In this document: positions 15,793 to 25,856 of the stretch, in pieces
Layout of the letters: each line of letters begins with the position of its first letter
How positions within the stretch are numbered: position 1 is the first letter of the stretch
Source of the DNA: an uncultured Gammaproteobacteria bacterium
Lineage (GTDB): Bacteria; Patescibacteriota; Microgenomatia; Daviesbacterales; UBA10151
Length of the DNA: 64,000 nucleotides
Direction of reading: 5' to 3'
Assembly: GCA_964489875.1 (NCBI GenBank)
Contig: CAZAZW010000002.1
Location: forward strand, 64,503 to 128,502
Notes under the pieces: generated by a model
Told to the model about the DNA's origin: nothing
The model's input: only the letters and a program-made list of their open reading frames with translations
The model's database searches: none
Position numbers and translations under genes: made by a program

Positions 15793-18717
15793 ATGGCTGT
15801 TGATAAAATAATCATCAAAGGTGCCAGAGAGCACAATCTCAAAAATATTGACCTGGAAATTCCCAAGAATCAGTTGGTGGTTTTAACCGGCATTTCCGGC
15901 TCAGGTAAATCCTCTTTGGCTTTTGATACTCTTTATGCGGAAGGACAGCGTAGATACGTGGAATCCCTCTCTTCTTATGCCAGACAGTTTTTAGGGGTCA
16001 TGGACAAACCTGATGTGGATTTAATCGAAGGACTTTCTCCGGCTATTTCTATTGACCAAAAGGGAGTTTCTCACAACCCCAGGTCTACTGTTGGTACAAC
16101 CACAGAAGTTTATGATTACTTAAGGCTGCTTTTTGCCAGGGTTGGCCATCCTCATTGTCCGATTTGTGGTAGAGAAGTTTCAAAGATGTCAGTAGAACAA
16201 ATTGCGGAAAGAGTGACTAGTGACAAGAGTATAGAGTCTAGTAAAAAAGGGAAGAGAATAATGATATTGGCGCCGGTGGTGAAAGACAGGAAGGGAGAAT
16301 ATTCCCAGCTTTTTGAGGATTTTAGGAAAAAGGGATTTTCTAAAGTAAGGGTTGACGGACAGGTTAGAGATCTATCTGACGACCTGGTTTTAATTAAAAC
16401 TAACAAGCATACAATTGATGTAGTGGTAGATCGGTTGGTAATAGAGTCAAGAGTCAAGAGTCAAGAGTCAAGTGAATCGCAGTCTAGGCTCTCGACTCTA
16501 GCGACTAGACTCTTCCAAAGCATTGAGACAGCGCTAAAATTAGGTGAAGGTTCAGTGATTATATCTGAAGTATTAGATGCCTCTTTAGAATTTCCTCAAA
16601 ACCCTAAAAAAATGAAGGATCAACTCTACTCTGAAAGATTTGCTTGCCCGGTAGATAATATTTCTTTGCCGGAAATTGAACCGAGACTCCTGTCATTTAA
16701 CTCCCCTCACGGAGCTTGTCCGACTTGTTCCGGATTAGGAACACTGCTAGAAATAGATGAGACAGCTATTTTAAATCCCATTCTTTCTATTGCCGAAGGA
16801 GGGATTTTGCCCTGGAGTAAACTTGCCACCAGTGATACTTGGTTTACCAGGTTGATTGAATCGGTAGGCAAAGAAAATAAGTTTGATTTAAATACCAGAT
16901 TGGGTAATTTAACACCCGAAGCCAGGAAAATCCTACTTTTCGGAAGTGGCAAGGAGGAGTTTAAAGTAGAAGGAAGAAACAGACAGGGAAGGTGGACACA
17001 TTTCTATTCAAGCTTTCAAGGATTAGTTACCTATCTCAAGGAAAGGTATACTACCTCTGAATCGGATTTTGTGAAATCGGAAATTGAAAAGTATATGGTT
17101 AAAGAAATTTGTCCAAAATGCAAGGGTGCCAGATTGAAAGATGAAGCGCTGTCAATCACGATAGAAGGATCTAATATTGCGGAGGTGACCGGTCAATCAA
17201 TAGTTCAGACACATGAATGGATTAAAGATATTAAGTTGTCTGATCGGGAGACCCAAATCGCCACCCCGGTTGTGAAAGAAATTAAGGCCAGACTACAGTT
17301 TTTAATTGATGTTGGTTTGGATTATTTGACTTTGGATCGGGCTGCTATGACTTTGGCCGGGGGAGAATCACAACGGATAAGGCTTGCTTCCCAAATCGGC
17401 TCAGGACTTTCCGGAGTGTTATATGTTTTGGATGAACCATCCATTGGTTTACACCAGCGGGATAACAGTCGGCTGATTGAAACTTTAAAAAAGCTAAGGA
17501 ACTTAGGTAACACTGTGATTGTCAATGAACATGACGCTGAAACCATGGAAGCGGCAGACATATTGATAGAAATAGGTCCTGGAGCCGGTGAACACGGTGG
17601 TAAAGTTGTGTTTATGGGAACTCCTGATGAAATGAAAAAAAGCTCCACTTCTTTAACCGGTCAATACCTTTCAGGGAAGAAAAAAGTAAAGGTGAACAGT
17701 GAATTACAAAGGGAACCGGTTAATATGGGTTATCTTAAACTCTTGGGAGCAGCAGAACATAACCTAAAAAATATCAACATCTCTTTTCCTTTAGGCAAAT
17801 TTATTGCAGTTACCGGTGTTTCCGGCTCAGGTAAATCAACTTTAATTCATGACATTTTGTATAAAGCTCTAGCGCAAAAGATCTACCGGTCAAGGGAAAG
17901 AGCTGGTCTCTACAAAGGGATGGAGGGAATAGAATACGTTGATAAAGTTGTATTGGTGGACCAATCACCGATTGGCCGGACTCCCCGATCTAATCCGGCT
18001 ACTTATACCGGAGCGTTTACTTTTATTAGGGAATTATTTGCCCAGAGTCCGGAAGCTAAGATCAGGGGTTACGGCCCGGGCAGATTTTCTTTTAACGTCA
18101 AAGGCGGCAGGTGTGAAGTTTGTGAAGGTGAAGGCACTTTAAAAATTGAAATGCAATTTTTGCCGGATGTTTATGTGACCTGTGAATCATGCAATGGTGC
18201 CAGATACAACCGTGAGGCTTTGGAAATTCATTTTAAAGATAAAAATATTGCCGAGGTTTTAGATATGACGGTTGAGGAATCCTTAAAGTTTTTTGAAAAT
18301 ATTCCCCAAATCAAGAATAAACTGCAGGTTTTATTTGACGTTGGGTTAGGGTATATCAGGTTGGGTCAGCCGGCTCCTACTTTGTCCGGGGGTGAAGCTC
18401 AGAGGATTAAACTGTCTTCGGAGTTGTCCAAACGATCCACAGGACAAACAATGTATATCCTGGATGAGCCTACTACAGGATTGCACTTTGCTGATATTGA
18501 AAGGCTATTAACCATACTTAGAAAGCTGGTAAACTTTGGTAATACAGTGGTTATTATTGAACATAACCTGGATGTGATTAAAAATACTGACTGGATTATA
18601 GATTTAGGACCGGAAGGCGGAGATCAGGGTGGACAGGTAATAGCGGAAGGCACTCCGGCTCAAGTGGCTAAACTTAAGGGTTCTTATACTGGTCAGTATT
18701 TGGCCAAGATCATATGA
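15793..18717 (+). CDS. uvrA: Excinuclease ABC subunit A (UvrA).
   Basis: 'NLKNIDLEIPKNQLVVLTGISGSGKSSLAFDTLYAEGQRRYVESLS', two ABC modules, zinc-finger Cys clusters, and 'LSGGE.QRI.LAS' signatures in both halves. Confidence 0.95.
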   Translation: MAVDKIIIKGAREHNLKNIDLEIPKNQLVVLTGISGSGKSSLAFDTLYAEGQRRYVESLSSYARQFLGVMDKPDVDLIEGLSPAISIDQKGVSHNPRSTVGTTTEVYDYLRLLFARVGHPHCPICGREVSKMSVEQIAERVTSDKSIESSKKGKRIMILAPVVKDRKGEYSQLFEDFRKKGFSKVRVDGQVRDLSDDLVLIKTNKHTIDVVVDRLVIESRVKSQESSESQSRLSTLATRLFQSIETALKLGEGSVIISEVLDASLEFPQNPKKMKDQLYSERFACPVDNISLPEIEPRLLSFNSPHGACPTCSGLGTLLEIDETAILNPILSIAEGGILPWSKLATSDTWFTRLIESVGKENKFDLNTRLGNLTPEARKILLFGSGKEEFKVEGRNRQGRWTHFYSSFQGLVTYLKERYTTSESDFVKSEIEKYMVKEICPKCKGARLKDEALSITIEGSNIAEVTGQSIVQTHEWIKDIKLSDRETQIATPVVKEIKARLQFLIDVGLDYLTLDRAAMTLAGGESQRIRLASQIGSGLSGVLYVLDEPSIGLHQRDNSRLIETLKKLRNLGNTVIVNEHDAETMEAADILIEIGPGAGEHGGKVVFMGTPDEMKKSSTSLTGQYLSGKKKVKVNSELQREPVNMGYLKLLGAAEHNLKNINISFPLGKFIAVTGVSGSGKSTLIHDILYKALAQKIYRSRERAGLYKGMEGIEYVDKVVLVDQSPIGRTPRSNPATYTGAFTFIRELFAQSPEAKIRGYGPGRFSFNVKGGRCEVCEGEGTLKIEMQFLPDVYVTCESCNGARYNREALEIHFKDKNIAEVLDMTVEESLKFFENIPQIKNKLQVLFDVGLGYIRLGQPAPTLSGGEAQRIKLSSELSKRSTGQTMYILDEPTTGLHFADIERLLTILRKLVNFGNTVVIIEHNLDVIKNTDWIIDLGPEGGDQGGQVIAEGTPAQVAKLKGSYTGQYLAKII

Positions 18718-19358
18718 AAAAACGTAAATTTGATGCAGCCTTATTTGATGTTGATGGCACAATTTTAGATACCGGCGAATATATCTTTCAAGCTTACAAA
18801 TATACCCTGGCTCTTCACTTAAAAAAAGAAGTCACCTGGGAAGACGTTGTTCCGGTTTTAGGTTTGCCATTTGACCAGTGTTACCGTTTACTGACAAACC
18901 TGGAAGAAGTGGATTACTTAATGGAAACTCACCACCAGTATCAGACTAAAAATCCACAGTTAGTTAGACCCTATGAACATACTTTACAGGCTTTAGGATC
19001 TTTGAAAAAAGCCGGAGTGGCCATTGGAGCTGTTACCAGCCATAGCGGTGAACTGCTGGTCAGAAATTTAAAAAATGCCGGAATAGATAAATTCTTTAAA
19101 GTTATTGTTACCCCTTTTGAAGTTATAAATCCCAAACCGCATCCCGAATCGGTTTTTAAGGCTTTGGAGGTTCTTAAAGTCAAACCAAACAAGACGGTTT
19201 TTATCGGAGACAGTAAGGCTGATATAGAAGCCGGCAAGGGTGCAGGAGTTAAAACGATAGCAGCCTTATATGGATTTCATGGAGAAAAACTTCGGGAAAC
19301 AAAACCGGATTATGCAGTTTCGGATATCCAGGAAGTAGTTTCGATTATACTCGAGTGA
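18714..19358 (+). CDS. HAD-superfamily hydrolase (phosphoglycolate-phosphatase-like).
   Basis: Motif I 'ALFDVDGTILDT' and motif IV 'VFIGDSKADIEAG'. It is coupled to the uvrA stop (ATGA). Confidence 0.75.
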   Translation: MKKRKFDAALFDVDGTILDTGEYIFQAYKYTLALHLKKEVTWEDVVPVLGLPFDQCYRLLTNLEEVDYLMETHHQYQTKNPQLVRPYEHTLQALGSLKKAGVAIGAVTSHSGELLVRNLKNAGIDKFFKVIVTPFEVINPKPHPESVFKALEVLKVKPNKTVFIGDSKADIEAGKGAGVKTIAALYGFHGEKLRETKPDYAVSDIQEVVSIILE

Positions 19359-19377
19359 TAAACTTTGCTACAATATA

Positions 19378-21282
19378 ATGATGGCTTTGATCCAAAAACT
19401 TGCAATTTTACTGCTTTTTTTATTTTTTCTCTTGCCAGTCAAGGTGTTAGCTGCAGGAGAGTTTGCTACCTCTTATGATGTCTTATATGACGTGGATGAA
19501 TCCGGGGTCACCACAGTCACCGAAAAAGTTACCCTCAAGAATTTGACTTCGGAGTATTTTGCCAATCAGTTTAAATTAACTATCGGTGCAACGAAGATTT
19601 CTGATATTAAGGCTTCTGATCCGGGAGGGGCATTAGATGTGACTCAGGAACAAAAGGATAATCTCACTACCATCGGAGTCAAATTTAACCAGCAGGTAGC
19701 AGGGCTCGGGAAAAGTTTGCCTTGGACTATTACTTTCAAATCCAAGGATTTTGCCGAAAAATTGGGTAAAGTGTGGGAAATTAGAGTACCCAGAGTTTCT
19801 TCTTCTTCAAACCTGGAATCATATAACCTAACCTTGTCAGTGCCTCAAAGCTTTGGTTCTCCTTCTTTGATCAGCCCCACTCCTAAAAGTCAATCTACTT
19901 CTGCCGGTAAAATATTTTTAACTTTTGATAAAGAAAGCCTGCAGGAACAGGGAATTTCTGCCAATTTCGGTAGTATCCAACTCTTTGATTTTGATCTTGC
20001 CTACCATCTGGAAAATAATAATTTAATGCCGATTCTCACAAATATTGCCCTGCCGCCGGATACTTCTTATCAGGATGTTATCTACCAAAGAATAGATCCT
20101 AAACCCCTTAATGTGACGGTAGACAGCGATGGCAATTATTTAGCATGGTACAGGTTAAACCGGAGCCAAAAAATTGATGTGAAGGTTTTTGGTTCGGCAA
20201 AACTTTATACAAACTCGAAGGTACGAAGTCCTTCTTTAGACGAGGCCTCAAGAAAAAAATATACGGAGACTCAGAAATATTGGGAGAAGGATAATCCCCA
20301 AATAGTAAGTAAACTGAAGGAAATCCTAGGTGATAATCCTCCAGCAAGCAGCGAAGAAAAGGCCAGACTGCTGTTTCAATTTGTAGTAGATCATTTAAAG
20401 TACGACTCGAAGCGACTAACAGACTCTATAGAAAGACTGGGTGCTGTCACAGCCTTAAGTAATCCTGATTCAGCTGTTTGTATGGAATTCACGGATTTAT
20501 TTATAGCCCTTTCCCGGGCCGCCGGTATTCCGGCCAGAGAGCTAAATGGTTTTGCTTACACTGCTAATACGACTCTCAGGCCGCTTTCTTTAACAAAAGA
20601 TATTCTGCATGCTTGGCCCGAATACTGGGATGAACGACGCGGTTGGGTAATGGTAGATCCTACTTGGGAAAATACTACCGGCGGAATGGATTATTTTAGT
20701 AAACTGGATTTAAATCATTTTACTTTTGTAGTAAAGGGGTCATCTTCTACAGAACCCATCCCCGCCGGTTCGTATAAGCAAAGCTTGCGACAGGATTCAC
20801 GCGATGTGAAAGTATCTTTGTCAGATACCGATTTTTTGGGGAAAGCACAGATAGATATTCAAGTTGAGGCTGCCGATCCAATCATTGCCGGTTTTCCCGG
20901 TAAGGTTAAAGTCAAAATTACCAACATAGGTAATTCTTTCTTTCCTTCTACTCCGCTGGGTTTGAGCGCTACTAGGATTTTAGTCTTAAGTTCCCTGGGT
21001 CAGAAATCAGGACCGATACCTGCTTTTGGTAACGGCGAGTTTACCTTTAATATACGGACAGGATCGCTTTTAGATTCCTATCAGGATCAAATTACCGTGT
21101 TGGTGGGAGGACAAAAGATTACTAAAGATGCTACGGTCAAGCCCTTTTTCCTTTTCCAGACAATACCTTTGGTAATAGGAGGGGTTGTGGGACTTATGAT
21201 TCTGATTTATTTTGTGGTATTAGGAGGCCATTTTTACCAGAAGAGAATGAAGAAGAAAACTAAAAAGAAGAGTGGAAAATGA
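19378..21282 (+). CDS. Transglutaminase-like (Cys-His-Asp) domain protein with signal peptide and C-terminal TM anchor.
   Basis: 'CMEFTDLFIALSRAAGIPAR' carries the core Cys and 'HAWPEYWDERRGWVMVDPT' the His and Asp. The C-terminus is a TM helix followed by a Lys-rich tail. Confidence 0.65.
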   Translation: MMALIQKLAILLLFLFFLLPVKVLAAGEFATSYDVLYDVDESGVTTVTEKVTLKNLTSEYFANQFKLTIGATKISDIKASDPGGALDVTQEQKDNLTTIGVKFNQQVAGLGKSLPWTITFKSKDFAEKLGKVWEIRVPRVSSSSNLESYNLTLSVPQSFGSPSLISPTPKSQSTSAGKIFLTFDKESLQEQGISANFGSIQLFDFDLAYHLENNNLMPILTNIALPPDTSYQDVIYQRIDPKPLNVTVDSDGNYLAWYRLNRSQKIDVKVFGSAKLYTNSKVRSPSLDEASRKKYTETQKYWEKDNPQIVSKLKEILGDNPPASSEEKARLLFQFVVDHLKYDSKRLTDSIERLGAVTALSNPDSAVCMEFTDLFIALSRAAGIPARELNGFAYTANTTLRPLSLTKDILHAWPEYWDERRGWVMVDPTWENTTGGMDYFSKLDLNHFTFVVKGSSSTEPIPAGSYKQSLRQDSRDVKVSLSDTDFLGKAQIDIQVEAADPIIAGFPGKVKVKITNIGNSFFPSTPLGLSATRILVLSSLGQKSGPIPAFGNGEFTFNIRTGSLLDSYQDQITVLVGGQKITKDATVKPFFLFQTIPLVIGGVVGLMILIYFVVLGGHFYQKRMKKKTKKKSGK

Positions 21283-22552
21283 CGTGATCCCTGCTTTCTT
21301 CGACAGATCTAAGATTCCTCATAAGCCCGGTGTCTACATTTACAAAAGTAAGGGCGGGAGGGTTATCTATGTTGGTAAGGCAATTGATTTAAGTAGTCGA
21401 GTATCCTCATATTTCCATTCCAAAGATAAGAATTCAAAAACAGAGGTTTTGGTAAAGGAAATAAGTCAGGTGGAGACGATTATAGTTGAATCGGAACTGG
21501 AAGCCTTGATTCTGGAAGCAAACTTAATTAAAAAATATCTGCCGCCATTTAATGTCCGCCTCACCGATGATAAAGATTATCTGTATATAATGGTGACTAA
21601 AGAAGATTTCCCCAAGATCCTGACTGCGAGAAAAAAGGACTTAGGGGTTGCAAAAAAATACTGGGGCCCTTTTCCTTCCAGTAGAACTGTAAAAGAAACC
21701 TTGAAGTCATTAAGAAGAGTTTTCCCTTGGTGTTCCATAGGTAAACGGGTCGCTACTTGGCATGCTCGTCCCTGCTTCTATTACCACTTGGAACAGTGCC
21801 CCGGTGCTTGCGCCGGTTTAATTTCCCGGAAAGATTACCAAAAAATAATCAAAAACTTCTCTAAATTTATGGATGGAAAAAAAGATGAATTGGTGGCAAA
21901 TTTACTGACGGAGATAGGTGAAGAATCAAAACATCAAAGGTTTGAAGCTGCTTCCCGGATTAAAAAAATCCTGGATGGTATTACCTATATGACTCAACCT
22001 AACAGGGTTAAGCTTTATTTGGAAAACCCGAATTTTCTGGAAGAAGAAAGGCAACTTGCTTTAGTTGCGCTAAAAGAGGATTTAAAGCTAAAAAAAATTC
22101 CGGAAAGAATTGAAGGGTATGATATTTCTAATATCCAGGGGAAAGAAGCTACCGGCTCTATGGTGGTTCTAACCGATGGTGAAATAGATAAGAGCCAGTA
22201 TCGGAAATTTAAAATACGGATTTCAGGTAAGCCAAATGATGTTGGTATGATGCGAGAAATGATAAGACGAAGATTTACTCATAAAGAGTGGATGAAACCT
22301 GATTTAATTATTGTGGATGGAGGAAAACCACAGGTTAATGGGGTGAAATTAGAAATTAGAAATTTGAAATTAGAAATTCCTCTTTATGGTCTGGCTAAAA
22401 GACTGGAGTGGTTGTATCCGCCGGAAGGGGAGGCTCTAAAACTGCCCAGGAAAAGTCTTTCCCTAAAATTGCTTCAGAAACTTCGTGATGAGGCTCACAG
22501 ATTTGCCATAAGTTATCATAAGAAATTACGTGGTAATATGTTATTGAGATGA
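21272..22552 (+). CDS. uvrC: Excinuclease ABC subunit C (UvrC), compact form lacking the C-terminal (HhH)2 domain.
   Basis: GIY-YIG 'GVYIYKSKGGRVIYVGKA', a Cys cluster, a UVR motif, the RNaseH-like 'YDISNIQGKEATGSMVV' and 'DEAHRFAISYH'. The protein ends at 426 aa. Confidence 0.85.
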   Translation: MENDVIPAFFDRSKIPHKPGVYIYKSKGGRVIYVGKAIDLSSRVSSYFHSKDKNSKTEVLVKEISQVETIIVESELEALILEANLIKKYLPPFNVRLTDDKDYLYIMVTKEDFPKILTARKKDLGVAKKYWGPFPSSRTVKETLKSLRRVFPWCSIGKRVATWHARPCFYYHLEQCPGACAGLISRKDYQKIIKNFSKFMDGKKDELVANLLTEIGEESKHQRFEAASRIKKILDGITYMTQPNRVKLYLENPNFLEEERQLALVALKEDLKLKKIPERIEGYDISNIQGKEATGSMVVLTDGEIDKSQYRKFKIRISGKPNDVGMMREMIRRRFTHKEWMKPDLIIVDGGKPQVNGVKLEIRNLKLEIPLYGLAKRLEWLYPPEGEALKLPRKSLSLKLLQKLRDEAHRFAISYHKKLRGNMLLR

Positions 22553-22950
22553 AAAAACTGCTCCGTTATTTTTTAATAAATCTGGTATCCCTTTGGGCAG
22601 CCACTCAGATTATCCCCGGCCTAACCTATACAGGAGGGGTAAAGAGCTTAATTGTGGGAGGGATAGCATTCATGGCAATTAACTTGCTTTTAGTTCCACT
22701 GCTTAAGGTGTTACTTCTGCCCCTTAATCTTTTGACTTTAGGAGTTTTTGCCTGGATTACTAATGTTTTAGCGCTCTATGCCCTAACTACCATAATTTCT
22801 GATTTTCGCTTGGTTCCCTATGCTTTTTCCGGTTTTAACTACAACGGAATTACAATTCCCTCATATGAACTATCTTCATTTATGGTAGCTGTGGTAGCCT
22901 CACTTCTAATCGGATTGATCACACATTTTTTACAATGGCTAACCCACTAG
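22549..22950 (+). CDS. YvlD/DUF360 ('phage holin 4-2' superfamily) small membrane protein.
   Basis: Four TM segments. 'IIPGL...GG..SLIVGGIAF..INLLLVPLLKVLLLPLNLLTLGVF' matches the family pattern. Confidence 0.55.
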   Translation: MKKLLRYFLINLVSLWAATQIIPGLTYTGGVKSLIVGGIAFMAINLLLVPLLKVLLLPLNLLTLGVFAWITNVLALYALTTIISDFRLVPYAFSGFNYNGITIPSYELSSFMVAVVASLLIGLITHFLQWLTH

Positions 22951-22975
22951 ATTTGGTGGTATAATCCTTAGAAAG

Positions 22976-23191
22976 ATGCAAGCGATTGTTTTCTTAATAC
23001 AAATTATTTTAGGCATTTTGCTTATTTTTGTCATTATTATTCAACAAAAGGGCTCCGGTTTGGGATCTTCTTTTGGAGGAGATATGTCTTTTTACCGTAC
23101 CAGAAGAGGCGCAGAAAAGTTCCTTTTCTACGGTACTATTGGAATTGCCTTAGCCTTTATACTTTTCTCCTTAGTCGGTCTTTTGGTTTAA
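22976..23191 (+). CDS. secG: Preprotein translocase subunit SecG.
   Basis: 'IQQKGSGLGSSFGG..SF..RRGAEKFLFYGTIGIALAFILFSL' matches the SecG signature. Confidence 0.7.
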   Translation: MQAIVFLIQIILGILLIFVIIIQQKGSGLGSSFGGDMSFYRTRRGAEKFLFYGTIGIALAFILFSLVGLLV

Positions 23192-23194
23192 GTT

Positions 23195-24577
23195 ATGAAC
23201 TTAAAATCTGCAAAACTTTTTCTACTTATAACCATTAAGTACATAAGGAGAAACAAAATATGGTTTGTAGCCGGGGCTGCTTCACTGATAGTTCTGGTAA
23301 TCTTCCTAATTAAATTAAGTTTCCTTTATTCACAGAGTGCTTTAAGGATAGGTGTAATTGGAACCTACCAGGAGCATGATTTACCGGAAGAGGTAACAAG
23401 ACTGATCTCAACGGCTTTAATTAAAGCGGGCGGAAGCGGTAAGGTGTTACCAAACCTAGTCAGCGGCTGGGAAGTAAATAATGATGCTACCAGCTTTAAA
23501 TTTAAATTACAGGATGGTCTTAAATGGGCTGACGGAACAAAAATAAGATCATCTGATCTGGAATTTGCCATTCCCAATACCAGTGCCACCTACCCTGACG
23601 ACAAAACAATACAATTTGACCTTAAGGAATCTTATTCTCCCTTGCCGTCACTTTTAGCCAAACCGATTTTTAAAAAAGGAACCCTGATTGGTACAGGTCC
23701 ATACCAGATTAAAAAGATTGAAAAAAGCCGAATTTTTATTACTAAAATTACTTTGGAGGCAAGTGACCAGCAATTGCCTGTCATCCATATTCGCTTTTAC
23801 CCTAATGAAAAAGTGGCTGTTACCGGTTTTAATTTAGGTGAGGTTTCGGTGCTTTCAGGTGTGACTAATCCAAAAGCTATTCCGGCAAATTCCCTGATTC
23901 GCATCAATAAAAAAACCGACTATTCTAAAATCGTGACAGTGCTATTTCAGACAACAGACTCGCTTCTTAGGAATCGGTCACTGCGTCAAGCTTTAGCATA
24001 TCAGGCTCCGCAAATTTCCGGTGAGGAGACTGCTAACAATCCTTTTCCTCCGGGCTCCTGGGCTTACAATAATCTTTCCAAAAAGTATCTATCCAATCCC
24101 GAAGAAGCAGAGGAAGCACTGGAGAGGGCCAAATCATCTATATCAGAAGATATGATGAATTCAGAGATAATTTTGACAGCTACTCCCAATTTGGAAGAGG
24201 TAGGAAAAATGATCGTAGAATCCTGGAAAAAATTGGGGTTTGACATCAAGCTTAGAATAGAGTCAGGTATCCCCCAGAACTTCCAGGCGCTTTTAATTAC
24301 ACAAAGCATTCCCACTGATCCAGACCAATATTTTCTCTGGCATGCTACTCAAACCAAGACCAATTTAACAAAATATAATTCCAAAAGAGTAGATAAGGAT
24401 TTAGAAGATGGCAGAAAAATTATTACCGAAGAGGAAAGAAAAGAAAAATATTTTGATTTTCAAAAAACCCTACTGGAAGACACCCCGGCCATTTTTCTCT
24501 ACTTTCCCAAAAACAATATAGTATATCTTAAAAAGGTGGAAACTCTTCTAAATAAAGTCCTTCTTTTGGGGGGTTGA
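23195..24577 (+). CDS. Membrane-anchored solute-binding protein, family 5 (Opp/Dpp-like); weak call.
   Basis: N-terminal TM anchor. 'LKWADGTKIRSSDLEFAI' resembles the SBP-5 'W(S)DG.P.TA.D' region. Size ~460 aa. Confidence 0.45.
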   Translation: MNLKSAKLFLLITIKYIRRNKIWFVAGAASLIVLVIFLIKLSFLYSQSALRIGVIGTYQEHDLPEEVTRLISTALIKAGGSGKVLPNLVSGWEVNNDATSFKFKLQDGLKWADGTKIRSSDLEFAIPNTSATYPDDKTIQFDLKESYSPLPSLLAKPIFKKGTLIGTGPYQIKKIEKSRIFITKITLEASDQQLPVIHIRFYPNEKVAVTGFNLGEVSVLSGVTNPKAIPANSLIRINKKTDYSKIVTVLFQTTDSLLRNRSLRQALAYQAPQISGEETANNPFPPGSWAYNNLSKKYLSNPEEAEEALERAKSSISEDMMNSEIILTATPNLEEVGKMIVESWKKLGFDIKLRIESGIPQNFQALLITQSIPTDPDQYFLWHATQTKTNLTKYNSKRVDKDLEDGRKIITEEERKEKYFDFQKTLLEDTPAIFLYFPKNNIVYLKKVETLLNKVLLLGG

Positions 24578-24671
24578 CTTAAAGTAGCTTCAGTGAAACA
24601 ATAAACCCGCAATCTCGAAAAACCTACACAGACGGTTATATGGGATTTTTTGTGTTTAAGAGAAGGTAATT

Positions 24672-25763
24672 ATGACTAAAACTCTGAAGGAAACGCTAAA
24701 GGAAATTCAGATTCTGCTGGGGCAACCTCACCGGAAAATTGCCGGGACCCTAAAAGGCTACTTGAATTTCTTAAATCCGCCTGAAAATGGAGAAAAAGTT
24801 TCCGAGCTTAAAAATGGACAAAAAATACAAACTATACATCATGGCAAAATTACCTGGGTCGATGTTAAAGATCCTAGTCGTAGAGAAATTAGCCAACTGG
24901 CGGAAAAATTTCCTTTCCATCCGCTTCATCTTGAAGATTGCGTTTCTAAGGGACAATTTCCGAAGTTAGAACAAAGCGATGAAGATAAATACTTATTTTT
25001 ATTGTTTCGTCTCCCACGCTTTCATTCCCGCGCAGGAAATATAACAATTAACCAAATCAGCTTCTTTTTGGGAGAGAATTATCTTGTAACTATACATGAG
25101 GATAGTGGCGATACCATCTCCACCATATTTACAGACTGTAAGGAAAATGTTGAACATCGCAAAGCATATATTAATAACTCTACTTCCCACCTTTTTTATA
25201 CAATCCTGGAGAAGCTAACAGATGATTTGTCGCCTATTTTGCAAAGTATCCTAAAAGAAGTTGATGAAACAGAAGATATCGTGTTTGATGATAAAGTTTC
25301 CGGTGTATATAAAGTAGGCCAACTAAGAAGGAAGATTATCAGCCTAAGGAGAGTGATAGGACCCTTAAGGGTACTTCTTAAGGATATAGAGGAGAGGATC
25401 AATAAATTCGCCAAAAGTAATTTAACAGTTTATTTTGTTGATATTGCCCACCGTATTGATAAGACCTGGGAAACCCTGGAGGAGGCCAGGGAAACGGTGG
25501 ATATTTATAAGGATGCAGATTTCATAGCCAGTACCGAAAAAACAAACAGGATTTTGGCAATGTTAACTTTAATCTTTACCTTATCCATCCCGGCCACTGT
25601 CATCGGGTCGTTTTATGGGATGAATATTCTGCTTCCGGGTGGTCTAGAGAGTGGTTCGTTTGCATTCCTGGGAAAATATACCACCTTTATCCTAATTCTG
25701 ATTGCTGCAGCGCTGCCGGCATTTTTGATGTTCATTCTTTTTAGAAAAAGGGGCTGGTTTTGA
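24672..25763 (+). CDS. corA: CorA-family Mg2+/Co2+ transporter.
   Basis: 'FYGMNILLPG' (GMN motif) lies between two C-terminal TM helices. The N-terminus is acidic and soluble. Confidence 0.85.
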   Translation: MTKTLKETLKEIQILLGQPHRKIAGTLKGYLNFLNPPENGEKVSELKNGQKIQTIHHGKITWVDVKDPSRREISQLAEKFPFHPLHLEDCVSKGQFPKLEQSDEDKYLFLLFRLPRFHSRAGNITINQISFFLGENYLVTIHEDSGDTISTIFTDCKENVEHRKAYINNSTSHLFYTILEKLTDDLSPILQSILKEVDETEDIVFDDKVSGVYKVGQLRRKIISLRRVIGPLRVLLKDIEERINKFAKSNLTVYFVDIAHRIDKTWETLEEARETVDIYKDADFIASTEKTNRILAMLTLIFTLSIPATVIGSFYGMNILLPGGLESGSFAFLGKYTTFILILIAAALPAFLMFILFRKRGWF

Positions 25764-25856
25764 GAGTAATTTTGGGGGGTTGACAGGTCACCGAAATGGG
25801 TGGACAATTAATTTTAGAATCTCTAAAACTGAAGAAAAGAGCAGGTTAGGGATTTT

